NCBI GenBank assembly: GCA_030704615.1
Contig: CM060734.1
Location: 45,074,001 to 45,138,000 of the forward strand
DNA from: Takakia lepidozioides
Taxonomy: Eukaryota > Plantae > Bryophyta
Direction of reading: 5' to 3'
Length of the DNA: 64,000 bases
Shown here one piece after another: positions 23,101 to 36,654 of the stretch. Below the pieces are notes generated by a model, which made no database searches, was not told the origin of the DNA, and was given only the letters and a program-made list of their open reading frames with translations. Position 1 is the stretch's first letter; every line of letters begins with the position of its first letter. The position numbers were made by a program, and so were the translations under genes.

Positions 23101-26100
23101 AGCAGGGGTGGAATGGGACATTACCCTTAAGGCCCTCATCGGTCGAGGGCTGGAAATCAAGAGCTGACAAGGATGATGCTGGAACTATTGAAGGCCGTGA
23201 TTCTAGCTGGAAGGAGCAGCTGAACACATCTGGGAATCAGATTGCAGGGAAGGAGGTATATTACATGTCTATCCACATGGGGGTTATTTTTTGTGCTTTT
23301 CTTAAGTTATCTATAGTTGGGAATAGAATCAGCCACATATCTAAGGGCAGGTTATATTGCTGATATTGCAACATGAATTGAAAATTTGAGGACATGCCAA
23401 AGAGTGAATGCTCCGAGGTTTCTTATATGTCCTAAGAAAGTATGCTATGAGGTGGTTTAACCTTACTTATAACTCGACAGCTGTAGAGCTCGAGAGAGTG
23501 GTCGAAGATTGTTTCAGCCTTAGGCAAAGGAGGAGGCAATTCCCAAGTTTCCGCTGACTGCCCAAACTTTGCATAGTCTAGGCCTTTTACCATTTTCTGT
23601 TACAGGGATTTCCAGCAGACTCTTCTATGAGCAGTTAGCCAGAGAATGGTGCATGATCTTCCCAGGCTGTGAAAGTGTTCTTTTCAATAGCTGACACAAT
23701 TTGCCTCATTCAGAGTCCAACCTCTCCATTTTGCTGTGAGTGACAGGGATTATGGTCAATTTTAGTTGGGGTCTATTGCCCTGGTCATGGTTTTGTCTTC
23801 GACAACATCCAACCCAAACTCTCACCCACTGGGCCTGCCGTAGATGAAATAAAGCTGTTCTTCTCTCTACCCATAGAGCTCTCTATTGGGTAGATTCAGC
23901 CAGGTTACCTCTCTTGTCTGCACTCCTATGTAGGGGAAGGGTTCTGAAAATTTCCAGGGCGTGTAGGTGCATACTTGAAAGAGCCGGGCTGATTCCTATT
24001 TTTCAGGCTGTGCCGAATCGCAGTTCTCCACTTTTTTCCTTGACAATTCATCTCTCCCCTCATATTGAGGTGAGAGCAATGCCATCCTGAAGGAGATATA
24101 CTCTTTTTCTGAATTCAAAGCCTAAGGAGGCGATTGGGACTTTGTTTCACTTGGATTCTCTCTAATGCCATTCTAAGTGCTGGGGAAGTTTTCGTAGTCT
24201 GAAACGACTAGTTCATGCCTGCCTTGTAGTGCAGCAGGTTCCTGGTTGACACCTGCAAAGTGAGCCTTTTCCTGGTGGGTGGCCCGGTAGTTTCGCTGGT
24301 GACCAGTGCGTGTCAATTATTCGAACTTTGTTGTCAAACAAGGCAAAATGGTCATTGATCTAGAATTCTTATCGACTTGGTGTCCTTTTGGGCTATCAAT
24401 TCTGCGCAGGCATCACAAGATGCTGAACACATTAACATCATAGGCCAAACCCCTTTTCTCTTGAAAGAAGAGAAATTTTTGACAGGCAGGCTTTGCTGAG
24501 AAACTGATGCCTTCAGAATCACCGATTCTGCTGCAGTTTTCAGTGGTCTTCCTGCGCACTTTGCTGGTGCTGTATACCACTTCAGAGAGAGATCTGGAAG
24601 GTATTTTACCTGGTTTTGCGAGGCTCTACAAACATTTGTCTTCTGTGGCAGGTTTGGTTAATTTCTTTCTATTCCTTCATATTCCTTAGGCTGGGCCCAC
24701 AGAATGTACTCATAAGACGTTGTTTGCCGTAGCCTTCTGGCCATTGACCCTGCGCCCAGTTTGAACGGAACACAAAGGGACAGAACCTACCTTTGTCAGG
24801 GGCTGACACCAGTAGTAAAGACTTACCTTGGAATAAATAATTGATCCGGGTTTTCCACATATCCTCTAGAAATCCCTTAACACAAGCATCAACCTGCTGT
24901 GTGTGGTTTGCCCAATAACTAGGCCCCAAAAGGGCCTGGGCTTTTGGCTCAGCCTCGAGACTTTCAATGTTGGTAAACAGAGGTACAGGCACAAATCCCT
25001 TGATCGAAAATGAATATTGTCTTCAGGTTGCCCACACAACGGGCAATTGCACTCCCCTTTCCTCTCTGCTTCTGTTTGCAGTTCAAAGGTACGCATCCCA
25101 CCCTGAGTTAAGTCTCTAGTGCCAAGAGTGAGTAGACCCTTGAGGTCATCCATGATGTCCTCCCCCATGTCACAGACTGGAAACAAGTTCGCTGTTCCCA
25201 CAGAATTTACTCGTAAGACATTGTTTGCCGTAGCCTTGTGACCATTGACCCCGCGCCCACTTTGAGCGGAACACAAAGGGACAGAACCTACCTTTGTCAG
25301 GGGCTGACGCCGGTAGTAAGACTTACCTTGGAATAAACAACTGCTCCGGGTTTTCCAGATATCCTCTAGAAATCCCTTTACACGAGCATCAATCTGCTGT
25401 GTGTGGTTTGCCCAGTAACTAGCCCCCAAAGGGGCCTGGGCTTTTGGCTTAGCCTCGAGACTTTCAAAGTTGGTAAACAGAGGTACAGGCACAATTCCCT
25501 TGATAGATTTGAGGAGAACCCCGGACAATGAATCAGAAAATGAATATTGTCTTCAGGTTGCCCACACAACGGCAATTGCACTCTCCCTTTCCTCTCCGGC
25601 CCCACAGAGTAGGTTTGTCAGGCAGATGAAACTGGCCCTTAATGAAAACCGAGATCCAGAACTAGATTACAAAAGCAAGGGCATGGTCTTACCATGTTTT
25701 GCTTAGTTGAGCCTTGGTGTTGGTATGCTAAACTTACCGCCTACCTGCAGCCTGTGGGTGATGTCTCTCACTCTCTAAACCAGGCATGAAAATGTGGGGA
25801 CAAACTGCCAGCTGTTAAGTACAGCCTGGTTCAGTGAAGGTTTTTATTCTCCTCTAACAAATGATTGGGTGAGATCCTGGACACATGAGTTGGCTCAACT
25901 CAAAGCTAGAACGACCATCAGGGTTGGTGGACCCCACCTTTCATTTTGAAAAGCAGAATGTAAGATTACCCTTCATATGCACAGGGGGCAGTACCTTGCT
26001 TGGTAGGGGAAGTGGTTCTTATCTTTGCTGGATATGGCTGGGGTAATCTCTCTTACCCGTTGTGTGAAGGATGGCTTCAAAAATATTACGTATTTTGACG

Positions 26101-29100
26101 GGTTATGTATTGGATGGCCCTTCATGCGTTGCTAAAGAGACCGCCCATCACAAACCGGTGTCCCTTGTCCATCTCATAGATTTCACATGCAAACCTACAG
26201 TGCAAATTGGCCAAGGAATCATGTGCTAAAAGTGCACATGGGGCAATCATTCTGTTTTTAGAAGAGGACCATCTCTAAGACTTGTTTGATCATTTAGTGG
26301 TTGGAATTAGTTTGGATTGTGGACTCTTCATGCATGAATTTCTGTAGGCCGATAAAATAAGAAATTGTCTGCAACTTACAAAGGAACTTGGATTATACCC
26401 CAGCTGGATTTAAACACAAATAGAATTATGAGACTTGAGTTGGACTCAGGAACTTCGGCCTCCATAGGTCCATAATAATTTTACCTTATATTTGGCGTTG
26501 CTGTGTGGGGCTGCGGGTAGAACTGTCCGCCCCAAAGCCATGCAGGGGAAAAGCCCCACGTTGAATATTTCAACGTGCGATGAGCAGCAATGGCCCAGCT
26601 TGAATGGGGTTCAGGTTAGCAGTGAGGGGTTTGCTGTTATGTTCATCTGTCTGCACTTACGGCTGGGTCGGGTGTTTTCATGTGGCAGTTACAGAAGACG
26701 TTCTTCCGACCCGTACCTGAAGTAAGCCTCCAACTTTTGACATACGTTCCATTTTTCAGCTTTGCATCTGTTGTAAGTTGAGCATGGTTGCAGGCCCATC
26801 ATGGACGTTTTCTAGTCAACAGCTCACCTATTGTGCATCTGGAGATGTGAAATTGAAACTTTTTAACAGAAAAAATCCCAGGTGACTAGCTCTGTTGGTA
26901 ATATATGAAGATTCCGTGAATAACCACATTTACACAAGTGGTCCATTTTGCTGCTAATTTGGGTGCCCTCCCCATTCTTTGGTTCCAGTAGTATTCTTAA
27001 GTTATTTTGGCTGCCGTGAGCTATGTTCGTGCAGCATGTGGCCCCATTGTATGAAAGGGAGTTCACACCACCGTATTTTTGATCTCAATGAGAGACACCA
27101 TGCTGCACTTTGTTGACAGCTACAAATGTGTGTATGTAACTGGCACAGCCTGCATTCTGACATATTTTATTGTGCTGGTAGCAGGAATGGGATTCGAGTA
27201 TGGGAAGGGCTCGTGAACAGCAAAGAGTGCTTCATCTGAAGAATTTAGACCCAGAATTGGGCTCATTGGACATCATGGTACGCTCCAGTACACTTTACTT
27301 CATTTGAATGTGTGCAAGGAAGATATAATTGTATTAGGCGAGAGCAGTTCCAAAGGTCTGCAAGGTATGAATTATCACTGATCACTTTCCAAGTGAGCTC
27401 CAGCCAGCTGTGGGGTTGTTAGAGGTACACATCCCAGTCTGCTCTTCTATGTGTATCACATTCTAAAGGGGTTTGGTTGGCAGGACACTCTGATTGACGT
27501 CCTGCAAACAAGTTTTGAGGCCCGTTTAATTCCACCGGCTAATTTCACCAGCATTCAGTCTGGTATAGCTCTCCAACTGAACTCTATGCGTTCTGCTCAT
27601 TTCTCTTCCACTGAGTCGGTACTCTGTTTTCCTGAACTCTGGCTTAATTATATGAATTGCCATAGCAACCTGAAGCTGGAAATCTGCCTTACAGCATAGC
27701 AAGAGTCAACCTTAGTTTTGCCAAAGCAGGTCTATGGGAACTGGCCCACATGAAGGCCTTCATTGCGCTTTCTGGCTGTGATTGTCCTATAGAATCTTGG
27801 GAGAACAAAACCGGTCTAGGGATAGGTGCATTTTTCTCAAGATGTCCGGTGAGACCCAGGTCAGGCTATGACATGTCTTCCCCATGCTGTAGATTTAAGT
27901 CTAGAGTTTCTTGGTTGGGAGCAGGGGAGGCATTGCTGAAATTTCCAAATGCTAAGTCAGCTAGCCAAACTCTGAAGAAATTGGAGGACAGTTGCTTGGT
28001 CTTGTCTGGAAGGTATGTTGTAGGTTGCCTTTCAGATCACATAAGTTGTTGCTTATCCTCCCCATACGTTGGATAAGTCGTGGTGTTCAGTTTCTCGGCG
28101 TGATGTTGGGGACTGGAGGAGATGGCTGTTTATGCAGCAATGAGAAGGACAGGACTTCTGGCATGAAGTCTTCTGTGGCACTTTCATCTGTAGTAATCAA
28201 TCATTTAGGATATAGTGGCCCCCTTTTTCTTATGTTTTGGGAGAGGTCCATGGATTTGAAAGACCAGTTACCTGTAGATTCATGAATGAACAACTCTTAA
28301 GATTAGAAGGGATGCCTGAAGCTGGGCTCACTTTGTTCAAAGCATTACTGATCTCTTGCTGTCATGGTTGTTACAGGCCAGTGCTGGCAAGCTTGGCCCA
28401 GCGGCCACATCCAACAGGTCGTTCCAAGTTTTTGGGCCACATTTCCTTAATGGATGTGAAAACCCTGATGTCTGCAGACTATGTGAGTAGAAGGTTGATG
28501 ATACATGTTTGGGGGTAGATGTGAAACCTTGAATATCACATGACTTGTTTGTTGGCCAAGTGGTGCTAATGTGACAACGCTGAATCATGGAATCGCAAGA
28601 CTGTTGGATGTGGTAGAGGCTCTCACAATGTTCCAACAGAGGCAGGAATAAGCTTGTAATATAAGTGTTGTTTGTTTTGCTCCTAGCCTTGGCCAGTGTT
28701 TTTAACAAAACATGTTGGTAGACCATCACAAGATTACATTCTAAGCTATATTTTGATTAGAGATCTGTTCCTTTGTGTCTCACTCTTTTCTTTCCCTCCG
28801 TTTTTCTCGCCCACCTTATATACGGAAAAGATGATTTCAAGTTCAGAAATTGTTTGATTTATGTATATGTATATATTGAAGGAGCTGGCGAGGAGTGTTG
28901 TATGTCATTTTGGTCTTTTTGTTGGGTGAACAGAGAAAGCAGTCGGCAATATCACACTGATGAATTGTCCTTTGTCACTTTCCTTGGATGAAACAGAGAC
29001 GGGCAGTGGCAACATCACATTGCTCGCAACCAAACACATTTGAGTTTCAAATGGGTTTGCAGTGGCGACAGCTTCAAATGCAGCAAGACATGCAGTGGGC

Positions 29101-29441
29101 GAATCTTTCAAAGGTTTGGTTGTCCTCCACCTGACAAAGTGTGCTACGTCCCAATTTGTGTGAAAGAGGAGGCACACGATTGGAAATTCACTTATTCATT
29201 CCTTCATGGTATTTAAACTCAAACTTTAGTCATGGCCAAGACCTCTCAGCGCGCTGAATATGCTGAAGAATTGAGTGGGGATCTGGAACTCCCTTTTCTA
29301 TGGAAAATACTCTTACCTGGGGTCTTGCAGAAGTACGACATATAGAAGTTTACATTTTACTAATTTTTTGTCTCTTGTCTTTAGCTGCATGAGGAGGATG
29401 TGAAGAAACTTGAATGGCGGTTTGGCAAGGGAGCCAAATGA
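20118..29441 (+). CDS. ASI1: ANTI-SILENCING 1 / IBM2 / SG1-like BAH plus RRM protein, ~847 aa. Exons 20118-20489, 21417-21579, 21820-23255, 26689-26721, 27185-27277, 27484-27562, 27925-28012, 28377-28482, 28997-29113, 29385-29441
   Basis: All junctions are GT-AG and phase-compatible. BAH: FKWG..PFVGKLMRLWE..RWFFRSSE..ELYIAAG..KCKVLCTTK..ADHFFSRAYDV. RRM: VLHLKNLDP..GEALLKF..LEDSCLVLSGRPVLAS. Diagnostic C-terminal AVATSHCSQPNTFEFQMGLQW. The boundaries of the 33-nt exon are least certain. Confidence 0.9.
24694..25610 (-). mobile_element. Tandem pair of RTEX-like LINE 3' ends inside ASI1 intron 3
   Basis: Two copies encoding CPLCGQPEDNIHF and FLED.WKTR (the upstream copy ends GRGVNGHKATA). Flanked by TSD-like TCTGTGGG(G)CC on the minus strand. 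Confidence 0.7.
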
Positions 29442-31162
29442 TGGAAGGACAGCAACTTAGCTTGGAGGGCAAAGGAAGTTCAATTCCTATGTTGATGGGT
29501 GAGTTACATATTGCTGATACTGGACTCCCATGTCAGTCCAATGGTGTCTCCATGAATTGTTACAGTTCTTCCATATAAAGGCCTGGCAGAAGTGCACTCT
29601 CTCCTGTGCTGGAGTAATTCTTTCTTAATCTTTGTCCCACATCCATCAGTTCCGACGCACAGCATCACATAAAGGAACCAGTGCACATGGGTTCGCCCAT
29701 AAGCAGGACGGGTCAATTTTCTTAAAACCGTATGGACCTAGAATCAAGCTAGGAGATGTTGGTGGCTTGCTACCGTGGTGTACTGCAGTGGGTGACATGT
29801 CCACTGTCGCATTTTTTGTAACTTCAAGCCATCACCTTGTTGGGTTTTAAAACGTTTCATTTCATACCTTGTACCGTCAGGAGAGGAGGATGGTGCGGGG
29901 ATTGCACCAGGTCCACCTCAGTCGTCTCCATGCTGTAGAATCGAGCTTGAAGTAAAGTCACTCTTAGTAGTCAAATACATATGGTTGTTTTAACTTTGTT
30001 AAAGCGTTTGGGCTTAAGAGGTCTTCAAAACACTCAGTGCCTCGTTGCCTCCTTTTTCTATTTGTTGCTTTGCAGCTGTTATAAACCTTGTATCTGAATA
30101 CTTGCAGGTGCTGGAGATATTAGTTGAAGGTCTGGCTTGGCTTTCACCTGATGCTCACCAACCCCAATAGAACACCGACGTGGGATGGATCTTTTGGTGG
30201 TGAGGAACCCCTGCCAAGGATTTTGCACAGTAAACTTGTCTGCTTAGACATTTTACCATACCTGTCTTGGAGTTTCCTCATATCCTATGGTCATAAGCTT
30301 CCAAGCCCTGCAGAATGCAAGTGGAGAAATGGAGTTGTTGCTACCCCATCGGCCTTCAATTCAGAGTTTGAAGTCAACATTGGCATGTTGTGAATATCAG
30401 TGCAAGATGGATATAAGTGTATGTCCATGACTGGTAAGATTGACACTGTAAACAAATGTAAGTAGCTTGTTGCTCCACATGATCCAATACAGAGTGTGTT
30501 TGGCACATACATACCCAGCCCCCTTCATCAGCCAAGAGAGTCCTTTCAGCTCGACATCTAGCAATTTCTTGATGCGATGGAAGAACTGCCTTTGGTTGTG
30601 AAGACTTCTTTATCATGTCCCTAATTTGCAGGTGAGATGGATATGAGATTGAAGTATGCGTTGGGACTGAAACGAAATTTTGTGAAATGGGAATTTGAAA
30701 TTGGAAAGTGGTTGTGCTATTTTTTGAAGATATGCTGAAACGACGCACTAAGATGGGGATTGTTGGAGCATAAATTGTTTCATTTTGCTGGATATTGCAC
30801 AGGTTTGAAACTGGGAAGGGAAAGATTATAGATGCGCACTTGCCATCATAGGAATGTCAATTCTGTGGATTATAGCTGAGACTGCAAATGCAAATCATAA
30901 GGTCGGCTAGATAATGAAAAAATGATTGTTGAGATGGTACTGAAGCTGGGGATATCTCTAGTCTCTAAATATGACCACCGCACCCATCATGCAGCTTCAC
31001 CCTATTAATTCTCGTTCCGTTATCCACTTTAAACCGTAGGAACCTTCATCTCATTGGATTGAGGTGCCAAAAACTCAGCAGAGCCTTGTGTTACAATCTC
31101 TATGGGTATTGCTGGAGGAAACAAACTTGCTCCTCTACATTTCATCTCATCTCATGATATCT

Positions 31163-31415
31163 AAGTTAAGTTTCATTTGCTGAAATGACTGTGTTGCCCT
31201 TGGGGAGAACAGACCCTTGTTTCTCTGGTTTGCTATGGAAACAGTAAAGTTAGTTTCATTTGCTGAAATGACTGTGTTGCCCTTGGGGAGAAAAGACCCT
31301 TGTTTCTCTGGTTTGCTATGGAAACAGTAAAGTTAGTTTCATTTGCTGAAATGACCGAGTTGCCAATTCTTGGGGAGAACATACCCTTGTTCCTCTGGTT
31401 TGCTATGGAAACGGT
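31163..31415. repeat. Tandem repeat, 83-bp unit x3
   Basis: TTTCATTTGCTGAAATGAC recurs at 31171, 31254 and 31337. Confidence 0.9.
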
Positions 31416-34400
31416 TACATAAGTTCTTTTCAGCGGTCTTGTGAAACGGAAGGTAAGACAAGGAATATTGTTTATCATTGAGACATGTTTTGCATCTTGG
31501 AACGAGTTCACCTTCCTGAGATGTTTCCATGCTCAAGACCCCTGGTGTCTTACTATTTCCGTCAATGTTCCTCCACCATCATCCGCAATACTCAATACAA
31601 TCCGGCACAGAGCAAGCCCAGTTGATATCGAAGTGGGTGCAGATCTATTCACAGTTGTGAAGTCAAGAAAATGCTTCTGGACTCCAGGGAATGCATCAAC
31701 ACACAGCAGGCCACACTAGCAAGTATGCATCTTCAATACACCTGCTGAAGGGAAGTACACAGGATGAAGTTCCTGTCACTCCTTTGCAGTAGACTGGAGA
31801 TGGTAAAGGGCACTCGCACGTCACACCACCTCTCTGTCAAAATTCTGGCAAACCCTCAAAAGAGGGAATGGGGGCGATTTGGTCCGACCTGCTCCACCTC
31901 AAACCTTCCTGAAATCTGCCCACTTCCCAAGATTTCGATCCACTCTATCTGACATTCTATTTACTGTCGGCCCACCCAACGATAGCCTTCAGATCTTCTC
32001 CGTCGCACAAGCTTCCGGCCCAAGTTCCAACCCCCCCCAAGACAGGGCCCAGTTCTCCGTCTCAACAGATTGACGTCCGGTAAAGTTGACGAGAACCTCC
32101 GGCTTCCGGAATCAGGGATTGACTGACGTCCTTTCGTCGTCAGTCTAAAGCGCCGGATAGGCAGCAGGCCTGCAGAGATAAGCCTCACAATAAATGCTCA
32201 CTGACATGCCTGCCTGCAAGTCAGATTTGGATGGCACTCGCTGCTCTTATGTTATCAACTGAGATTAAGTTACCTCGAAACAGCCCGGACGGATTCGCTG
32301 TACATACTCGCAAACAAAGCGGTTGGAAAATCTATGTCTGCTGACCCGAAGCTGAGTTGCGAGAACTGTCTCACAACACAACAAACTCGAGAAATGAAAT
32401 GTAGAGCATCAAACTCGAGAACCCAAGTGACTCAAGAGCTACTGCAAAGCACCGCCTGATTATACACAGACTAAGTTACAAACTGCTTTTATCTGAAGCG
32501 TGGACTGACGGCCTCTGAGTCCGTCAGCTCCGTCGCTAGCCTCGCCGTTACATCCACCACACCAACTCTGACGCCCACTTCTCCGTCAGTCAAACTGTCA
32601 TCAGCGACGACGACTTGCTCGAACGTTTGGTCGAGGAGATCACGGGGGAGAGAGTACCTTCCGACAAAGGTACCGCGCAGGCGGTGGACGTGCCGCGCGG
32701 TGATTGCAGCGCAGCAGATCGCTGCCGGTGCGCCGGTAGACGGACGAACGGACGGAGACATTCTGTTGGGCCTCAGCTTGGCAACCATCAACCATCGTCT
32801 GCTGCTACTCTCGTCGCAAGGCAAACAACTCGTGTTGTTCCGAGTCCGTCTGGGTCAGTGAGAGTGTGTGTGTGGAGCACAATGATGAGAAAAACTGTGG
32901 AATGAAAGGGAGAAAGAGAACGTGGAGACGACGCGGCGGCCACGATGGCGAGAGTGGGCGTTGGGAAACGGACCCCTTCAATGCCCCGCTCAGCAGTCAA
33001 GCGGCCAATTGCCGCTTCGGCATTAATGCCCTCGCCGCCGTCTGTCTTCACAATTACAGCTCCCTCATCTCACACTGCACACCATCTCCGTCCTTGTGAG
33101 CTAGGCGGTGGGGTTTTCCTTCGTTGTAAAATAAGAGCCTTATTTCTAAGAGGAGAGGACTACACTCCACTGAGCACTCCACTCCACTCCATCTTGGGCT
33201 GTGCTAGTTTAGCCGACAGATTCGGCACTCTTGGAAGTTGGGAATATCTGAGGATCTGGGAATGGGTTTTGAATCTGTTTGGGCAATGAGCTGCATATCT
33301 AGCAAGAGCTGCCAATTTGGCCAGGAGATTCCAGTGACAGGAAGAGACGTAGATCTGGGAATGAGTGATAAGTTAGTTAGGGAGCAGACTAGATTCCAGG
33401 GAGGTGTTGTGGGGCGGGGAAGGATTGGCATGAGAGTGGCCATCAAGGCCACGAAGATGGGAGTGGGTGGGTTTGTTCGTTTGTTCAGCTCCCCTCTCTG
33501 TACCCACTCTCTCTTTCGTTCCTTCTTCTGCAAACGGTAAGGTAGGTGATGGAATTGTTTCTATTTTTGTGGCATGCAAAATAATACATGGTTAGTACGT
33601 GTCAACACCGTACAGTACAGAGCACCATCATGACCGAAGTGTTTCAATGTTATTATTATTACTATGTGTTCCACACGTACCAGAGCAACAACAGTTACAG
33701 TAGAACTGGTGAGCAAACAACAAAATTCTGGTCTTTCCGTCACATGGGCCCATGCCAGTTCTACCTGTCATTCATGTTTTTTCAATGAGGGATCCACCCT
33801 TGCAACAGAATCCAACTGGACAACTTTGATGGGACACAAATGTTCATCCACCACAAGCGTGCCTTCAGAGCATGTCTGGCAGGTCTGCCCCCCACCAGCT
33901 GTTTCCTAGTAAGTAATGGTGTACTTGCTGTGGTGTAGCATAAAGAAAACTTGGCTTTGTTGATGTGCAAGGCTTTTGGAGTGCCTCCTACTCGTGTTAA
34001 CACGTTAACATGGACAGAACTGAAGCAGCAGCACACACCGGCCTAGGCCGAGAACCAGAACTGCAAAACCAACCCAAGATCAGGCAGTCCTGTCAATAAT
34101 GATTGAGCTGGTCTGCACTGCTGCTGCAAAGGATGCCCAGCGGTAAATTATTGTCTAGTTGAACCCCTTCAAGTGAATACCTAGTATCCGTCGCCGCACC
34201 AAAGACGCAATTCTCCACCTAGAAAATTCAATGGCCAGACACTGTGGCCTGCTGCTGTTGCTGAAATCCCGATCTGGTGGGGATGCCCAACATCCACACT
34301 GGTGCCAGGACCACCAATTGTGGAAAGACATAGGATAGTGAGCTCACTGTAAGAGGTTCGGCGTTCTAAAATCAGTAAAAATAAGTAACCCGGTCGTCTG

Positions 34401-36654
34401 TAGAGTGGGGACTGCATGTACTTCAAAAAAACGTGGGCTAGCACCACCTGTCCTCGGCTTTCCCAGACTGGCCCACATCCAGTGCGGAGGTTAGTGACAG
34501 ACATCATCATTCCCATGCATGTTAGTGCAAATTGGAAAGATTAGTGCCATGGATTGCAACAATGAGTTTGAGGAAGAGCGGCCTGTTTGAAACCATAGAA
34601 AGAAAGGTCTTCATGTTTGTGAGAGCCTGGTACTTGGAAGCCTGTTCATTGCCCCTAGAATGTTCTTCTCCTGTCTAGACTTCATCATGCAAGTCGCTTG
34701 TGTGGGATAGAGTTAGGCCATCATCATTTCACATGTACTGTAGCTTGTGTGTTACACACACCACCATGTTTGTGAGCAGGAAGTGCTTCCTTGCCTGTGT
34801 GAGAGAGAGGCTTTGCCCTGGAACAATAAGTCTGTTCCATAGTACTTAGCACCTCACTCCACACCTATCCAGTACTTGATCCGACCGTCCAACTACTCTC
34901 CACATAATCCAAACACGACCTTCGTTGGGGATAAATAATAATCATAACGTTTTAATTCCAGTGTTTCTTGAACTTGCCTGTAGCAGCGGTACTGACTCAC
35001 AGGACGTTTCAAAGCAAGCTTTTGTTTCACTTCAAAAACAGCACCCAAATGCATTCATGACTGCCTCAACTTACCTGCACTGCTTGCCAACTTGTTGAGA
35101 CTTGAGAGAACTTTCTTGACAACAACAAACACCTACCTAACTTACTTACACCTTCTTTCCAGCCTCCAAGAAGGGTTCTCAAGCTTTGACTGAACAGTTT
35201 GAACCCAGAGATGGACAAAACAAAATAGGTAAAGTTCATGTCAGGACAGTTTTACAAATGATGTGAATCCTTCTGGTAAATACCCATTTAAATTTTCACA
35301 CGTGGTAAGGGTTTGCAGTTAATGATATCTTGACTTTGAGTTTGACCTGAACAGGACACCTCTTAACACCAAACCCTACCATAATTTGTGCCCCAGCACC
35401 TTGAAAAATCATCACCCAGGGGACCCAGTGGACAGCCGCCTTCTTGAGACATTGTAAATCCAATCGAGTACCTACTCTCATAAGTGCCAAACAATGTTGT
35501 TTCTTCCCTTTCTTGGATCCTGCTTTTGGCCTCCCTGTTGCTGAAATCATTCCCTCCCCACCCCCTCCCTCTTGGGCCCTGCAGACAAACAACCCCTCCA
35601 CTCCATCATCACCAAACATTCCCCTTCATCACTACTTAGCAAACTGCAGTGGTGGTTATGCATGCACGCACATGGATGAATTTCATTCGCTCCGCCGGCA
35701 AGCTGAAAGCCGGAATCGCCGCTGGCGAGAAAGCGCAACCGCGGGCAGGCCAGAAGGGGCAGCGCGGCCCACCGGGTTCGCGGCGCCGTTACACTGCGAC
35801 CCTTGACGGCGGTTAATGGCGCCTCTACCGCGCGGCTAGCCCGTACCGCGGATGGTTCGGTGCGCGGTGCCGCCTGTCTCTACCCCTTTACTGCGCGGTC
35901 AGTCGCCACCCTTTTCGTCGCTACAAAGTGGGTGACACGCACACGGGAACTAATGGCGGACCGCAACGCAGCCCAAAACTTAGGCCGGATGCCTAAATTC
36001 AGGGGATTTCTAATCTCGGCGCTTGGCCTGTGCTGGGATCCGGTTGGATTCCGGTCGTATTTAGCCGGCCAGCCGATATACAGTGTTCATAGTGTTCGAC
36101 TCTGACTCAGTGCAACTTTACGAACTTTCACTTTCACTGGGCGTTAAGCAAACTTTACTTTACTTTACTTACTTTAGCTTTATCATCTTTCACTTTAACT
36201 TTATTGTCCGGGTTCCATCCATTTACCTACTACCAAATGAACCAATTTGGTGAATCTATCTCTGACATTAAAACTATTATAACGATTTTATTTTTATTTT
36301 TATTTTCTTAAAGGGAAACACCTGAGAGTATAACGATATCATTGTTTTGTGTTGGAACATTTTAGCAAGCTTTTACAAGAATTATGACGTCATCCTCCGT
36401 ACTTATAGGAAATTATAAAAATAACCTTGTTTTATCAAACAACAAGAAGACATTTTAAAGTCTTTCATTTTAGATAAAGAAAAAGAATTGAAATCAAAAC
36501 CTTCAACAAGTAATGAATTGATGAATAATATCCTCAACAAACGCAGCAAATGTGATGCTCAATTTATTATAATATACTCTTGTAGCATTAAAAACCCATT
36601 TTTTAGTTTTGAATTTAGTGATTATATATATATAGCTTAGGCCAAAGTCATAAC

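Noticed and set aside
21830-23227. Antisense ORFs over ASI1 exon 3 (likewise over gag-pol)
   Set aside because: These are shadow frames of real coding sequence.
24866-25528. 220-aa ORF as a nested antisense gene
   Set aside because: It reads across the junction of two tandem LINE 3' fragments, so it is a chimeric TE artefact.
31163-31415. CRISPR-like array (also 7350-7740 and 43720-43950)
   Set aside because: These are tandem or degenerate units without unique spacers of regular length, there are no cas genes, and the context is eukaryotic.
32489-32824. 111-aa ORF and overlapping ORFs as a protein gene
   Set aside because: The GC-rich tract has several open frames on both strands and no recognisable motif.
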